Of a stretch of DNA of 64,000 nucleotides, positions 62,558 through 64,000 are shown in pieces. The notes beneath the pieces are model-generated. The model did no database searches, was not told the origin of the DNA, and was given only the letters and a program-made list of their open reading frames with translations. The DNA is from Eledone cirrhosa (Eukaryota): NCBI GenBank assembly GCA_964016885.1, contig OZ024741.1, positions 158,410,001 through 158,474,000 on the forward strand, read 5' to 3'. The stretch's first letter is position 1. Every line of letters starts with the position of its first letter. The translations under genes were made by a program, and so were the position numbers.

Positions 62558-64000
62558 ATATTGCAAGCAAATATCGCATATATATATAAAGACATAACGG
62601 CTTCACGTGATAATGTTCAATGGGGTTACAGTTACCATGAGCAGATAAAATAAAAGGGGTGTAATTACATCGTTTGGCGCAATGCAAAGGTCTAATGCAT
62701 GCGAAGTAAAATAAGCAGAATACTTGATGGATTGGCAGTATCGGTAGAGCGACAGACACCATGCTTTGCAGCATAGAGTTATGGCCCTTTGCGTTCTGAG
62801 TTCAAATCATGCCGATGTTAACTTTGCCTTTCATCCTTACGGGGGCGATAAAATAAAGTACCAGTAATGTACTGGGTTATTGCTGGTCTTGTGCCAAAAG
62901 TAGAAACATTATTATTATTATTATAAAGTGTCGTGGATTGGCACTTTTGGTAGAATGTCAGACAACATTCTTTTCAGTATAGAGTTACTACCTTTTACAT
63001 TCTGAGTTCAAATCTCACCGAGATTAGCTTTACCTTTCATCTTTACGGGGTCGATAAAATAAAGTACCAGTAATGCACTGGAATCAATTTAATCGACTTT
63101 CATATTGAGCCCATTACTTATTTCACTCTGGTGTTTATTTTATTGAATGGCTCAGATGCTGCCCTGTCTATCTATCATAATCATTATCATCAACAACTTG
63201 CAGCAGTGGATTGAAGTGAAAGAGAGAGGGAGAGAGAGAGGTGTGAGAGAGAGAAGGAGGAGAGAGAATAACTGAGAGAGAGAAGGAGGAGAGAGAATAA
63301 CTGAGAGAGAGATGGTGGGTAGAGAATAATTGAGAGATAGAGTGAGCAAGAGAATAAGTGAGAAATAGATAGATAGAGAAAGAGAGAGAGGGAGAGAGGG
63401 GGAGAGTGAGAGAGAGAGAGAGAGAGAGGGAGAGAGTAAATGAGTGAGAAAGAAAGAAGGGAGAAGTACTCACGCAGAGACAAAGAGACATATAAAGAGG
63501 TATAAAATATCAAAATGAAGTGTGTGAATCTCACTATCACATATCTGATAACTAATATTTTAAATATCCTCACCATGTCAAGTTGAAAATCTAGAAGACA
63601 GTCAATTTATATCTGATATGCAATATCACACGTGGGGATATCCTTACTTACATACCAAGTTTCAAACACTCAACAGATAATTACTCGATATAGCCTCCCT
63701 TACAAAATAGTCTGAATAATTTCTGCTTGCAATACGTATGTATGCAGGGGCCTCGTTTGCCTTAAAAATATGAAGGGGACAAACCAACATTTGTTGATTC
63801 TTGAAGGAGCATGTTAGTATTGCTTATAGTGCCTTTCCCGGACCCTATCACATAAGTAACATTTTATGCTAATTAAAATTTATATATTCAAATGAAGTTC
63901 AGATATATAAAAATAAGCTTTAAAAGAATTTATTATATCAAATAAAGAAAAAAGAAAAGGTGGTTTGTCCCCCCGTTTCTGAAAAAGTGTGTGTGTGTGT

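Larger units (their letters stand above)
60150..64000. repeat. Large inverted duplication; arms 60150-61358 and 62801-64000 (runs off the window)
   Basis: Near-identical reverse-complement arms with a few substitutions and CT-tract length differences. Confidence 0.92.

Overview
AT-rich, repeat-dense animal genomic DNA. The microsatellite and SINE/RTE content suggests a coleoid cephalopod such as Octopus, but that is inference only. The left half (1-34 kb) holds the 5' 14 coding exons of DHX8/PRP22, the spliceosomal DEAH helicase, on the minus strand. The ATG is at 33989, all junctions are GT-AG with matching phases, and the gene runs off the left edge. Its introns carry RTE LINEs (one nearly full length, with a PHD finger inside the RT region), SINEs, MITEs, a 5.3-kb 20/40-bp satellite and a 39-bp minisatellite built from a splice acceptor. 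The right half is intergenic: a Buster/hAT remnant, a Neptune-type Penelope-like element with long inverted ends, a degenerate full-length Ty3/Gypsy element, a Helitron, solo LTRs, R4/Dong and BovB-type fragments, and a >1.2-kb inverted duplication. The most striking unexplained pattern is a set of fold-back elements in (TA)n tracts that carry hammerhead-ribozyme motifs in their inverted arms. One has a complete type I hammerhead on each strand (57.6-58.25 kb). All coordinates were read by eye, and repeat boundaries are approximate.
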